64,000 bases of DNA from Anthoceros angustus (Eukaryota; Plantae; Anthocerotophyta): contig MU008160.1 of assembly GCA_010909165.1 (NCBI GenBank), forward strand, positions 992,001-1,056,000, in the 5' to 3' direction. The translations under genes were made by a program, and so were the position numbers. Positions 1-12,370 of the stretch are shown one piece after another; the first letter of the stretch is position 1, and every line of letters starts with the position of its first letter. The notes under the pieces were generated by a model that saw only the letters and a program-made list of their open reading frames with translations, made no database searches and was not told where the DNA came from.

Positions 1-3000
1 GAGCTTCAGCACGTCTGCCTGCACCTTTGCCCCACAAGCAAGTGGGAAGGTGGTGCAATCTTGCCACACAGCCAGCCCGTCCAAGAGAATGTGCGGCTCC
101 TGCTCCTGCTCCTGCTCCTGCTGCTGCCCCTGCTGGAGACAGATACTCTAGGGAGAGTCATGACCAGGAGAGGTTGTGGCTACAATTTTTCAGGACCCAA
201 CACTGTGGTGGGATAACAGGCAAACTAAGAAGAGCCGTGGTTCGCCTGACTTCCGGCACAGGCAGTCCCACGAGGTCCTCTGGTTGAACAACTTTTACAA
301 GCCAGGTTGGGTGGATGTGCGGGTTGCTGCTCTGGATATGCATATGGGTATAGTGAAGGATCTATGTCACGAGGGCCATGTCGCAGAGGCTGTTGAGGCT
401 TTAGAGCGTCTGGTACGCACAGGGCATTGTATTTGCAAGTCTGTGGTTTACAGTCCTGAATAGATGTGTGGTGAAGAAGGATCTGGTTTTGGGTCGCCGT
501 GTCCACGCTTTGACAGCTATGGCTGGGTATCAGTCGGACACGTTCTTGGCTTCCATATCCTGCGGATGTATGCTTCTCATGGCAGGTTGCAAGACGCGAT
601 GCATGTTTTGTTTTGGTTGCGAACCAGATACTTTCACATGGTCTGCCATAATTTCTGCGCATGTTAAACAAGGACAAGACAAGCAGGCCATACAACTGTA
701 TCATGGGATGTGCAGATCTGGTGTGAAGCCAGATTGCCATGTCTTTGTGGCGGCCCTTCAGGCTTGTGGAAGGGAGTCAGACTTGAGAACTGGGCAGCAA
801 GTGCATGCGGATTTGCTGGCCAGTGGCGTTGAGCCTGATTTGTTTGTCTGTAACTCTGGTAAACATGTATGGCGCGGCAGCTTGGAAGATGCTCGGGAGT
901 TTTGACAGACTTAGTCAGAAAAATGTGGTGACGTGGACTGCTCTGATAGCAGGATATTCTCAGCAGGGCATGGGGCAGGAAGCCTGCCTCTACAGTGCTA
1001 TGCAAGAGGAAGGCTTGGGTACCCAATTCTGTAACATTTGCGTGCCTCCTGCAGGCATGTGCTGTGGGCACCCCAGCATTGGATGAGGAAGGCTTCTTCA
1101 TTCACAAATTAGAGAACGAGGACATCAGGCTGATTTGTTTGTTGCCAACTGCTTGATGAGCATGTACGCAAAGTGTGGCAGCTTGGAAGATGCACACAGG
1201 GTGTTTGATGCTCTTGGTCACAAGGATGTTGTAACATGGAACACTATAATTGGGGGATATTCCCAGCAAGGCATGGGGCAGGAAGCCCTGTGTCTATACA
1301 GTGCTATGCAAGAAGACGGCCTTGTGGCACCCGACTCTGTGACATTTGTATCCCTGTTGCAGGCATGTGCAGGTGTGGGTGCACCGGCATTGATGCAGGG
1401 AAAGGAGCTTCATGCACAGATTACAGCACGTGGACTTGAAGCTGATGTATTTGTATCCAATAGCATGGTGACCATGTATGCTAAGTGTGGCAGCTTGGAA
1501 GATGCGCAAAGAGTGTTTGACAGACTTGGGCAAAAAAATGTGGTGACGTGGACTGCCATGATATCAGGGTATTCCCAGCAGGGCATGGGGCATGAGTCCC
1601 TCCGGCTGTACAGTGATATGCAAGATGCAGGCGTTGCTGTCCCCAATTCAGTTACATTCTTGTCTCTTTTGCAGGCATGTGCAAGTGTGGGCGCCCTTGC
1701 ATTGGAAAAGGGGAAGCACCTTCATTGGCAAATTGGGGAACAAGGATATCAAGCTGATGTGTTGGTAGCCAACAGTGTGGTGAACATGTATGCAAAGTGT
1801 GGTAGTTTGGAAGATGCGCAAAGAGTGTTTGATGCACTTGTTCATAAGGATGTCGTGACGTGGAATGCTATGATTGGAGGATATTCCCAGCAAGGCATGG
1901 GGCAGGAAGCCCTCCAGCTTTACAGTGTGATGCAAGAAGATGGCATTTCTTTCCCTGACAACATAACATTCATGTGCCTCCTGCAGGCATGTGCAATTGT
2001 GGGCACCCCAGCATTGGAGAAGGGGAGGCAGCTTCATAGCGAGATCAGAGAACGAGGGAATCAAGCTGATGTGTTTATAGTGAACAGTTTGATTAACATG
2101 TATGCTAAGTGTGGCAGCTTGGAAGATGCACGCCAAGTGTTTGACAAATTGGGCCCAAAAAATGAGGTGACCTGGACTACCATGATAGCTGGATATTCCC
2201 AGCAGGGCATGGGCCAGGAAGCCCTTCGTCTCTACAGCAATATGCAAGAACAAGGCATGGCTTCCCCAATTCTGTGACATTGGCGTGCCTCCTCCAGGCA
2301 TGTGCTGCTGTGGGCACCCCAGTATTAGAGAAGGGAAAGTGATTCATGCACAGGTGAGAGATCAAGGATATGAAGCTGATGTGTTTGTAGCCAGCAGTTT
2401 GGTTAATATGTATGCAAAGTGTGGCAGCATGTCAGACGCCCAGAGAGTCTTTGATGGGCTTGACCAAAGAAGTGTGGTGACCTGGAATGCGATGATAGCG
2501 GATATTCTCAGCAGGGCATGGGGCAGCAAGCTCTTCATCTCTACAGAGGTATGCTGGAAGGGGCACGGCTGTACCCAACTCCGTGACATTTGTGTGCCTC
2601 CTGCAGGCATGCAAACCTTGGCACCCCAGCTTTGGATATTGGTAAGCAGCTGCACTTGCAGGTTACGTGAACAAGGACACCAGGGTGACTTGTTTGTAGC
2701 CAACAGTTTGATTAACATGTATGCAAAGTGTGGCTGTTTGGAGGATGCCCATAAAGTGTTTGACCGACTAAGCAGAAAAGATGTGGTGACATGGAATGCT
2801 TTGATAGCAGGATATTGTCAGCAGGGCATGGGTCAGGAAGCCCTTCTTCTTTACAGGGCTATGGAAGCAGAAGGAATCGCTATACCTGATTCCGTGACAT
2901 TTGCATGCCTCTTGCAGGCATGTGCAAGTGTACCCAGGCATTGGAGATGGGAAGCAACTTCATGCTCAAATTAGAGAACAAGAACATGAGGATGATGTGT

Positions 3001-4050
3001 TTGTAGCCAGCAGTTTGGTAGACATGTATGCCAAGTGTGGCAACTTGCTAGAGGCTCAGAGAGTGTTGGATGGGACTAGTCACAAGGACGTGGTGATGTG
3101 GAATGCCATGATAGCAGGATATTGCCAGCAGGGCATGTGCCAAGAAGCCCTTCGCCTCTACAGTACTATGCAAGAGAATTGTACTGCTGTACCTGATTCT
3201 GTGACATTCGCGTGCGTCCTCCAGGCATGTGCAGATTTGGCAGCTTTGTATCTTGGAAGGCAGCTGCATGCACAGATTGTCGGACAAGGGCTGCAAGCCG
3301 ATGTGCTTGTAGCTGGAAGTTTGATCAACATGTATGGAAAGTCTGGGAGCATGGTTGATGCGCAAGAAGTGTTTGATACAACGCCTGAGAAAAATATTGT
3401 CACCTGGAGTGCACTAATTGCAGGCTACACAAGTCAGGGAGACAGTGAAGTGGTCTTTGACTTGGTCGAGAGAATGAGAGAGGATGGCTTACACCCAGAT
3501 GGCATTACATTCTCAGTGTACTGACAGTGTGCAGTCATGCAGGTCTCGTGAACAAGGGGCTTGAGTACTTTGAGACCATGAGCAGACGCTATGGCATCAC
3601 TCCCACAGAGGACCACTACACATGTATGGTGGATCTCCTAGGTCGTGCAGGACAATTGGATGAGGCACTTGCTTTTGTAAGTACAATGCCTGTATTGCCT
3701 AATGGTGCAGTTTGGCACGCCGTGTTGGGTGCTTGTCAAAGTGGAGCAACTTGGAGTTGGGGCGCCATGCTCGATGAAGCAATCAAGCTTGATGATAAAG
3801 ATAGTGCAGCATATGTATTGATGTCGAACATACACCGGTGCCCAGATGTGGGAGCAAGCAGAAAGATGCAAGGAAGCAGAAAGACAATTAGGGCATGGAA
3901 GCAGCCAGGTGAGAGCTGGTGGACAGACGAAAATGGAGCGGTGCATAGTTTTGTGGCTGGGGACGAGAAGCATCCACGGAGTCTAGCAACGCTTAAGTAA
4001 ATCCTGTCCAAAATGAAGACAGAAGAATGTGTGCCGGAGACACCCATAGT
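1..4050 (+). CDS. PLS-class PPR RNA-editing factor with E/E+ extension and WW-type PG box; no DYW catalytic core. Frameshifted in this sequence; the 5' end may lie outside the window
   Basis: Consecutive ORFs give about 9 P-L-S triplets (VVTWNxxIxGYSQQGMGQEAL / PDSVTFxxLLQACA / VFVANSLxxMYAKCGSLEDA). They are followed by HYTCMVDLLGRAGQLDEA, an E domain, WKQPGESWWTDENGAVHSFVAGDEKHP and ILSKMKTEECVPET. No HxE or CxxC follows. Confidence 0.9.
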
Positions 4051-4273
4051 GCTTGTGAAAAGTGAGCGATCGTGCCAAACTAGGCACTTGAACACAAAGG
4101 GCTGGCTCCTTAAGTGTTTACTTACGTTACGCGTTGCAGCATTTTATAAAACTTCTGAAAGTTAAATATTTGTTTCGATTTAATGGAAAAAAAGATTTTA
4201 TTATAAAAAAGAGATGGGAAAAACCCATCCACCCTAAAAACAAAAGAGAAACACCAATGAAGGGTACAATGCA

Positions 4274-4378
4274 GGACTAGTCCTAGGATCATTTCAAGAT
4301 CACGCATTTCAAGATGCGGGACTAGTCCCAGGATCACGCATTTCAAGATGTGGGACTAGTCCCAGGATCACGCATTTT
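4274..4378. repeat. Short tandem repeat, about 3 copies of GGACTAGTCCCAGGATCACGCATTTCAAGAT
   Basis: Direct inspection of the sequence. Confidence 0.8.
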
Positions 4379-4904
4379 AAAACTACCAATCATTCGAAGA
4401 ATTTCGCGGTTGGGGATATTAAAGTCTAGCATCTCACGCTCGCTGCTCGTTGAGCTTTGCATTGGCCAATGCTCTCTTGCAGAGCGATGTAAACCCTCAC
4501 GGAAGAAAGCAATACAAGAAGGGGAGGCCAACCCCCATTCTTGCGATTGTGATAAGCCTTGGCAGCCTTGATGAACCTAGAGAAATCCCAATGACTCGTG
4601 AGTTTTGGCGTGGGGGGAAGGCGTGGCCGTCCTGGATAGGAGACCTACTTGTGGACCTTAGTTGTCGCGCAGCCCTCCGCTGCCCAACCTGGAGGGTTAA
4701 GGCTAACATGTTCGCATACACTATCCCGAGTGGGATCGGTTATAACCATCAGCAACTGAAACCTGATCCACTGGGTCAAAAATAGATCAGCCCTAGGCGA
4801 AACCCGTTGAGCAGGGTGTAAGGGCGCTCCCTAAATGGAAGGAACCCGCCTTCCCTAGCAATAGAGAACATGATGTCTTGGACGGTGTCATGCACAACGA
4901 TATG

Positions 4905-5185
4905 CTGCCCAAGTGCGGCGCGGAGTCATCGGGAGGGGCCCATAGCTGCAAGTTGAAAGAGAGCAAGCCAGACTTTGCACGAGAGTCATCGGGAGGCCCA
5001 TACTGCAAGTTGAAGAGAGCAAAGACTTTCTTGCAGCCCAAGCGGTGAGTCATCGGGAGGGGCCCATAGCTGCAAGTTGAAAGAGAGCAAGCCAGACTTT
5101 GCAGCCCAAGTGCGGTGCATAGTCATCGGGAGGGGCCCATAGCTGCAAATTGAAAGGGAGCAAGCCAGACTCTGACTTTGCAGCT
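4905..5185. repeat. Minisatellite, 4 units of about 60-72 bp (AGTCATCGGGAGGGGCCCATAGCTGCAAGTTGAAAGAGAGCAAGCCAGACTTTGCA)
   Basis: AGTCATCGGGAG recurs near 4924, 4984, 5048 and 5120. Confidence 0.85.
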
Positions 5186-5577
5186 TGATATTTGATTAGC
5201 ATGCAAGATTTCTCGAGTAACGGCGATCAAGTCAGAGCAGCTCTGAAAGCTGTTAGCGAGGAATGGCAAATGGTGTTCTCGTCTTACACCCAGCTAAACA
5301 TGAAAGGCCAAAGATATTTGAAAGATGCTTGAAATTTTTTGTTTTGATAGGTGTGGAATTTTTTTACTGGGGAGAGAACGGAACTGGCCCAACCCTACGA
5401 AACATCACCTAGCCGGTCTATTAGCTGGGGAGCCAATAGTGCGTTTTCACCTGTGGGAATCGCAGCCCGGTGTATGATTCAACCTATGGTTAGCAACCAA
5501 GCAGGTGGGTTGCAAACTCAGTACAGGATACGGAAAACTAGACAATACCCAATAAACTTTTGCTAGATTTTGCATGC

Positions 5578-5655
5578 TCCTAATGGTGCATTTTGGCACT
5601 GTGTTAGGTGCTTGTCGCAAGTGGAGCAACGGGGAGGCTGGATGCCATGTTGAGC
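5578..5655 (+). pseudogene. Isolated PPR E1-motif fragment, paralogous to about 3700-3770
   Basis: CCTAATGGTGCATTTTGGCAC...GGTGCTTGTCGCAAGTGGAGCAAC closely matches the E-domain DNA of the upstream PPR gene. Confidence 0.65.
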
Positions 5656-6108
5656 AGTCGAGCTCGACAAACAAGATACCAATGCAGGAGATGCAGTGGC
5701 GTCATGAAAGTCGAGTGGATCTCAGTCAGATTCGATTTTTTGAGATCAGTCGCAGAGTTGAATGGTCCAATCTGCTGAGAAATTCAGAGGCTCGTACTCG
5801 GAATTTTTTGGTACTGTTCCCAGTGCTCTGCTCCTGGGCTACATAGATATGTACACCCTGCGAAAAGCGTGCAACCCTGGCACTGCTTGGCATAGTTCAG
5901 ACACTACTTCTGTACATACCACAAGGCCTCCTTTGTCTTCCTCCTCCAACCCGCATGTGTCCAATGCCAAAGGTGAGCCGAATTGCTTTCTTCTCCAGGG
6001 AGGCTCCTTTCGGAACAGTGCGCAAGCAAATATACGATTCCAGGAAACGACACAGGGAAACGCTCAGCTTTCCAACCAGGGCATCTCTGGGGATGGTATT
6101 ATCGGTTC

Positions 6109-8197
6109 CTAGTGAGTGTGCTGGAGATCAAAGCCGTACATCGCAACTGGTCTAGACCTGGGGAGCGGAGGTGGTTCAACATCTCCGATCAAGATCTGCT
6201 GCATGCGCCTGGTAGAAGGCCTCACGCTGGGATCCGGGTGGGTGCACAGCAAGCCCACATGTAGCACACAGGTTAGCTGGCTGGCATGGAACTTGCCGTC
6301 CATAGCTGGGTCTGCCACATCCAGGAGGGTGCCAGCTTCGTGCATCTGCCACACCCACTCCACTAGCTGAGTTTCCTGGTCGGGGATTTGCGGCCTCCTG
6401 CCACAAGCTACCTCCAGCGACAGAACCCCAAAGCTGAAAACATCCGACTTAGACGTGGCTTTCCCAGCTAAGGCAAGCTCCGGAGCCATGTAGCCCTTGG
6501 TCCCAGCTAACCCTGTCAGGGTGAGGCCCGTGGTGAAGGTCTCCTCCACCAGGCGGGCCAAGCCGAAGTCTCCCAACCGACCTTCCATATTCGAGTCGAG
6601 CATCACGTTGCTGGGCTTGATGTCCCTGTGCAGGATGCACTTCTTCACTCCGTGTGGATGTAAACCAAAGCAGCTGCTATCCCTTGGACAATATGAAACC
6701 TGTCCGCCCAGGATAGCACCTGCCTCTCTGGAGAGAGGTGCCGATCCAGGCTCAGATTTGGCATGTACTCGTACACCAGCAAAGCTGGTCCTGCTCATGG
6801 CACCAGCCATGGAGGTGCACCAGGTTCCTGTGCCGAAGCTGCCCCAGGCTCTTCAGCTCCGCTCGAAACTCCTTCTCTCCCTGCCTTGAATCCTGCGAGA
6901 TCCTTTTGATGGCCAGCTGGACCTCCAAGTCTCCAATCCGCATCACTCCCCGGTACACACTCCCGAATCCACCTTTCCCCAGAATAAGTGACTGGCTGAA
7001 CCCTTGAGTCGCCTTCTTCAGCTCCTGGTACGTGAAGGTCCGAGTCCCGTAGTTCACATCCACATCCTCCATAAAACAAGGGCCTGAGGGCTCGGAGCTC
7101 CTTCCCGTGGATGAAGTTGGTGCTTTGTCTACCATCATGAGACCACGGAGGTGCTCCAGGCCATTCTTCTCGGAAGACCTACCAGATCTGCAACCAAAGA
7201 ACCAGCCAAGAGCAACTACCGTAAGAGTTGCCCCAATTGCAACCCCTGCAACCAAGCCAGTGCTGCTACCTTTGCTGTTCTTCTTGCCTGGCTGAGGCTC
7301 AGTCGGAGCCTGAGGCTTAGTCGGAGCCTGAGACTCAGTCGGAGCCTGAGGCAGAGGAGAGGGAGCTTGTGGCAGGCCACTGGTGGAGAAGCTCCAGTCG
7401 TAGACGTAGTTCTCCTCGATGTAGAAGCCTGTGCTAGCCGTGAACCCGACATAGGAATGCTGTCGCACGATGCTGGAGACGTTCAACCCGCTGTACGAAA
7501 GCACACGAGAGGCATTTGCTTTCTGGGCTCCAGCCACGGCCATGTGTACCACCAGCTCCTGCCTGTCCGCAAAGTAGTCGATCCAAGCCGACAAGGCGGG
7601 AGTGTCCTCAGCACTATTGTTGAGCTGAATGCCGTAGACTGACAGGTTCTGGGTCGTGACAGACACATAGCTGTTGATGTCCAGCCCGACGTGGTTGGAG
7701 TTGTCCACGGGATCACCCTCATTGTAATTGGTGTCGAACTCCACGGCCAGGACTTGAATCCTGGGATCCCCGGGAGCGTAATTGGGGTTGTAGAGACCGA
7801 GAGCATCACCAGCGCTCTTCTGGGGGACGTCGGGGATGGGAGCGATGATGAAGGTCATCCCATCCCCCATGAAGTTCCCCGGCACCGCCTTGATCCTGAA
7901 GGTGAAGAAGGTGTTGAAGGAAGCTTCCGCACCAGAACTCACATCGTAGAACTGCACCAGGGAGGCAAACACCGCTCTGGACACCAGATACTGCGCTGCA
8001 TTCTTCTCCGGGTCGCTGGCGTTCACAGTGAGCTGCAAAAATCCTTCCTCTCCCACAGTGCAGTTGCCGCTCAGCAGGATGCCCGCTCCTGAGAAGTTGC
8101 TGAAGGAGAACTCCACATTCTGCGCACGGCAGCAGGTGAATCCCACGCCCAGTAGAGGAAGCAGCAGGAGGGCACAGATGCAGAGCTTGGACAACAT
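6109..8197 (-). CDS. L-type (legume) lectin receptor-like kinase, apparently intronless; two small indels in the kinase domain
   Basis: Signal peptide [13 protein letters not shown], lectin domain ([43 protein letters not shown]), TM segment, then [46 protein letters not shown] and SDVFSFGV. Confidence 0.93.
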
Positions 8198-8310
8198 CGC
8201 GTCTTTCTCTTTGTCCGATTCATCGATCTCCCACAAGGCGCGTCTCTCGCTTGGTCCGATTCATCGATCTCCCACCAGGCGCGTCTCTCGCTTGGTCCGA
8301 TTCATCGGTC
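8198..8310. repeat. About 40-bp tandem repeat (about 2.7 copies) immediately upstream of the LecRK ATG
   Basis: GCGTCTCTCGCTTGGTCCGATTCATCGATCTCCCAC(A/C)AGGC is repeated. Confidence 0.8.
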
Positions 8311-8515
8311 TCTCTCGAGGTCCTCTAGAAACATTTTGGGGTTGAAGATATCTGGCAGGAGGGAAGGTGGCAAGAGCTTAGGGAGGAAGGTGTCCAGTAC
8401 CAAGGACGGTTATCCAGCGAAGCAGCTGCGATGAGCCTTTGCTTGCTAGTCTCGATTTCGATGAATATGGTAGCTGAAAAGCTTTGGATTCGAATCAAGT
8501 GGTGGGCGCGACAAA

Positions 8516-8655
8516 CGTAGGTCTGATAGGACGTCCATGTTCGGACGCAGGTCTGATAGGACGTCCATGTTCGGACGAAGCTGCCTCAGTGCGTCGGAGC
8601 TGGTGAAGGAAGTCGTTGCTGCCTCAGTGCGTCGGAGCTGGTGAAGGAAGTCGTG
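8516..8655. repeat. Two adjacent tandem duplications (about 30 bp x2 and about 38 bp x2)
   Basis: AGGTCTGATAGGACGTCCATGTTCGGACG x2 and GCTGCCTCAGTGCGTCGGAGCTGGTGAAGGAAGTCGT x2. Confidence 0.85.
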
Positions 8656-8959
8656 CTGAGCAACCTTGACTTTGTGTTGTTAGTGAATTCGGAGTCCCAC
8701 GATGGGATTTTTTTATTTGGAGTAACCCCGTAGGCACTAACAACTTAGAGACCCCGTACTAACAACTGCCCCGTACTCACAATCACAACTGGTGGCCGTG
8801 CACGAGCAGGGCCATAATGTTTACAACAGGTGGTTCCGTCAGACATAAAGGCATGTTATTTAGAACAAGTGGCCCCGTATAGCTCGAGGACGGGTGACGC
8901 TAGGATTATGGTCGTAAGATGTTTTAATGCATATTTGGATGTCAGCTTCAAAGGTTCCT

Positions 8960-9690
8960 CAGGACAAGTACACGTGATTTCATCCTTCTCAGTATTTCAA
9001 GGCAAATATCGTACAAGCATACTTGACTTCATCCTTTGAGTCTTTCAAGGTAAATATCGTATTCCCTGGGAGTGTTCAAGTATAAGGTGGACGCTCATGT
9101 CATGTCACCTTTATTTTAGGGAATGCGAGAATTTATAGATATTTGAAAGTACACGTCCAAGTCCCACAAGGCAAACACGGTACGAACACACTTGACTTTA
9201 TCCTTCGCATCTTTCAAGGCAAATATGGTGTTCCCTAGGAGTGTTGAAGTGTAAGGTGGACCCTCATGTCATGTCACCTTTTTTTTTAGGGAATTCCGAG
9301 ACTTTAGAGATATTTGAAAGTATACATCCATGTCCCTCACTCAGACTCTTTATAGATATTTCAAATTATACATTGCTCATGTCATGTCACCTTTTTTGTA
9401 CTTATCATGTCACCTTTTCTTAGTGAATTCTGAGACTTTAGAGATATTTGAAAGTATACATCCATGTCCCTCACTCAGACTCTTTATAGATATTTCAAAT
9501 TATACATTGCTCATGTCATGTCACCTGTTTTGTACTTATCATGTCACCTTTTCTTAGTGAATTCTGAGACTTTATAGATATTTGAAAGTATACATCCAAA
9601 GTGCCAAGTATACATCCAAGTCCCACACGCACTCATATTCTTAACAAATATTTGAAAGTATACATCCAAAGTGCCAAGTATACATCCAAA
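8960..9690. repeat. AT-rich nested tandem repeats including a 134-bp unit (CTCATGTCATGTCACCTT...GATATTTGAAAGTATACATCC)
   Basis: Near-identical ORF tails end at 9423 and 9557 (offset 134). A diverged duplicate lies at about 8960-9260. Confidence 0.75.
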
Positions 9691-10730
9691 ATGGCTTCAA
9701 CTTCTCAAATGACCGTTGCCCTACTTGTATTTCTGGGTGCTCTTGACAAAAGCGAAGATAGAACTCCGTCTGGACATGCAATAGAAGAACGAATACATCA
9801 GCCATATCATTAACTCCAAGTGACAAGTGAGCAGGTGACAAAGTGTACTGCAGTGCCATCAAGTGGACATGTGGACATGTGGTGCATAAGTAAGTGGCAA
9901 AGCAGCCATATGACCGGCTAGCCACATGTCCACAATCAAGTGGAGCAATTGAGCAAGTATTTAGGTTGCCACATGCATAGTGGGCCATTATGCCATGGCC
10001 CAGAGGGCACTTTAGCGACCAGAAGAGGTAACCAGGTGGCAAGCACCACCACCTATGGCCAACAATACCACATGTGGCCACCAGGACCATTGGTGGCCAA
10101 CATTACCACATGTGGCCACCAGCACCACTTGTGGCCAGCAACCCGGGAGGTGGCCATCAGCACCACTGGTGGCCAGCAACCTGCGAGGTGGTCACCAGCA
10201 CCACTGGTGGCCAGCAACCCGGGAAGTACACAGCTGGAACACAAACAGGTAGAACACAAACAGGAGGGTGGCAACCGTCACCAAGATCTCACTGCATAAA
10301 TAGTTCACTAAAATCTCACCACATTCAACAAGGAAGTGAAGACATCAACATCCACCACGTACAATAGGCCACGTTCAATCCCATCTCCCAAATGAACCAG
10401 ATGACTGCATTTTAATGATACAAATGCCCAAGTATACGCTAAAACTTCATATGCACCATAGATGTCGGTGCACACGCACCTGCGACATGTCCAGAAAGTG
10501 GGTAATGTGCTTGATGAAAGTTTTTGGTGCTGTCCGCTGACGCTTATGTCCTTCGTGTTCGACGATGGACGAGAAGCTAATTCCCAGAACTGGACTATGG
10601 TGGCTTTGACATGCGGCGAAAGAATGTCAGATCTTGGTTTCCTCCCGGCACCCAACCAAGTTTTCTCACTTGGAACATGCGCTTCTTGCCTTGTACCCAG
10701 GGCTCGATGGATCTGCCTCCTACTCATACC
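9682..10730 (-). mobile_element. Spliced DNA-transposase remnant, Sola-like (tentative); intron 9770-10479
   Basis: RKPRSDILSPHVKATIVQFWELASRPSSNTKDI...KHITHFLDMSQ | GT...AG | TEFYLRFCQEHPEIQVGQRSFEKLKPFW. The family assignment is from recalled motif resemblance only. Confidence 0.45.
10030..10225. repeat. GC-rich minisatellite (CCACCAGCACCACTGGTGGCCAGCAACC-like) inside the transposase intron
   Basis: Direct inspection shows multiple degenerate copies. Confidence 0.8.
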
Positions 10731-11049
10731 AATGTGCCGCGAAAGCGTTGAAACCAGGTGGTTGCCTTGGATATCCTCTCACAAGATGATGTTAAATAGG
10801 GTGTCCTTCTGTGGAAGACCACATGTGAACTAACCCCGCTCTCAAGTGTCAGGGTGAACGATTTTTTTTGTTTTGGGTGTGTTAGAATAGCAGAGTGCTT
10901 TGAGAATCGTCTGAGTCGGGTCTTTTATCGGAATGGTCCTTGGCCCTTGGAGATAATAATAATTTTTCGACCCTTAGGTTTGACCCGGAGGGGGGTAGAA
11001 ATAGAGTCCTTGGGTATTGGGAATTTTTAGAATAAAAGGTGTCTATATA

Positions 11050-12370
11050 TGCTAGGGATGCTCACAATATATGCCAGTTGTGTAGTCAAGTGGGGTGGTG
11101 GCTAGTTCCACCACGGTGGCAGCAGGGCCTGGGGGAATTTACAACCCTAGTGGCGGGCGGGACTACCAGTCGGGCCTGGCAGGAGAAGGCACACCCGGCC
11201 GAGGTCGCGACTTTCGGGAGGCGGTCGGAGGCGGCTGCAGCAAGAAGGCGCGCAGCCTTGAGCCAAATCAACATCTCGTCTGNGTTAGGTGAGCATGTTC
11301 ATCACCTTGAACGCTTCCTCACTCCCTGTCCGACAAATCCGACATCAACGGCCGTTGGTTGTTCGGCGTCCTCGACGCTTCACATGGAGGCCTTTGCCGC
11401 CTCTATCTTTCCTACGGCCTTGGGGGTTCCGGAACTTCGCCCCAATTTCCTCCGGGCGGTTGTAAACGCCCTAAGGACCTCACGGTCCACTTCCTAGGGT
11501 CTCTCGAAGGCTCTTAGATCGAACCTCCTTGTTGGCCGCCAACATCTTGCATACTCCGGACTAGAGCACTTGTCAAAGGTCAGAACCCGGCTTAAAAGCG
11601 TCAGGTGCAACTCCTTGACCAGCCTCGCCTCCTCGACACGGCCCGAAGTCAGGTAGCTGGGTGATGATGTTGCGCTCCACCAAGCACCATGGTTTCAACC
11701 TGGCGCCTTGGGTCCATCCTCCCGCTCCCTCGCCCATTTCTTTGAGGCGTAAGCTCCACAATCTTGCCTTCCTCGGCCGCCAGTGTTGCTTCCCGCCAAT
11801 TATTGCTAGAAGGATCTTGGGCTGATCAAAGACAACGCCAGAGCCGGGGCAAAGCACGAGAATGCGTCTGGCTTCATGCATGAAGTTGTTTGGAAGAATG
11901 ACCTCAGCCTCACCTCTCTCCGCGGAAGTAACCGCCATGTAGAAGGCGGTTTCTTGTCCGTGAATCGCCGGGAGCATGGCTTACGCTCGCCTGCGCCTGC
12001 AGCTTCTCGCCTTACTGCCGCTGGTGCGTGAGCGTGAACACCGCTATGCGCAATGCTACTGACTGGCTGCAACGCCTGCCTTCCATTGATGGGCCATCAT
12101 CGCGGGCGCCGGCTCTGTCTAACTCACGCCCAACTTCTAAATTACCTTATTGGGCGACTATCCCATTCGGCACTGGGGTCCTTGAGTGGCACCGGGTCAG
12201 TTACCTACCGAGTCCGGAGTGCACTCCGAACCGCCCGGAGTTGGTCGCGTGCTTATTCCTCCTTTCAGCCTTATTTTACACTCCACACCTACGAAAAAAA
12301 AAGACAAACCCCGCTTATTTCCCAACCCCAAGGGGAGTCCGTTGTCCACACGCGGCCATGGTCTGCGAAG
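11050..12370 (-). mobile_element. Degenerate Ty3/gypsy-associated accessory ORF plus leader (copy 1 of 3)
   Basis: LKPWCLVERNIITQLPDFGP, and downstream KMLAANKEVRSKSLRE..TVEVLRA..EAAKA across indels, match the 47.4-48.2 kb ORF. The reverse complement of 12260-12360 matches 28141-28235. Confidence 0.65.

Noticed and set aside
4905-5185. CRISPR-like repeat appearance (also at 10030-10225 and 28325-28460)
   Set aside because: There are no unique spacers between constant repeats, no cas genes, and the context is eukaryotic. These are minisatellites.
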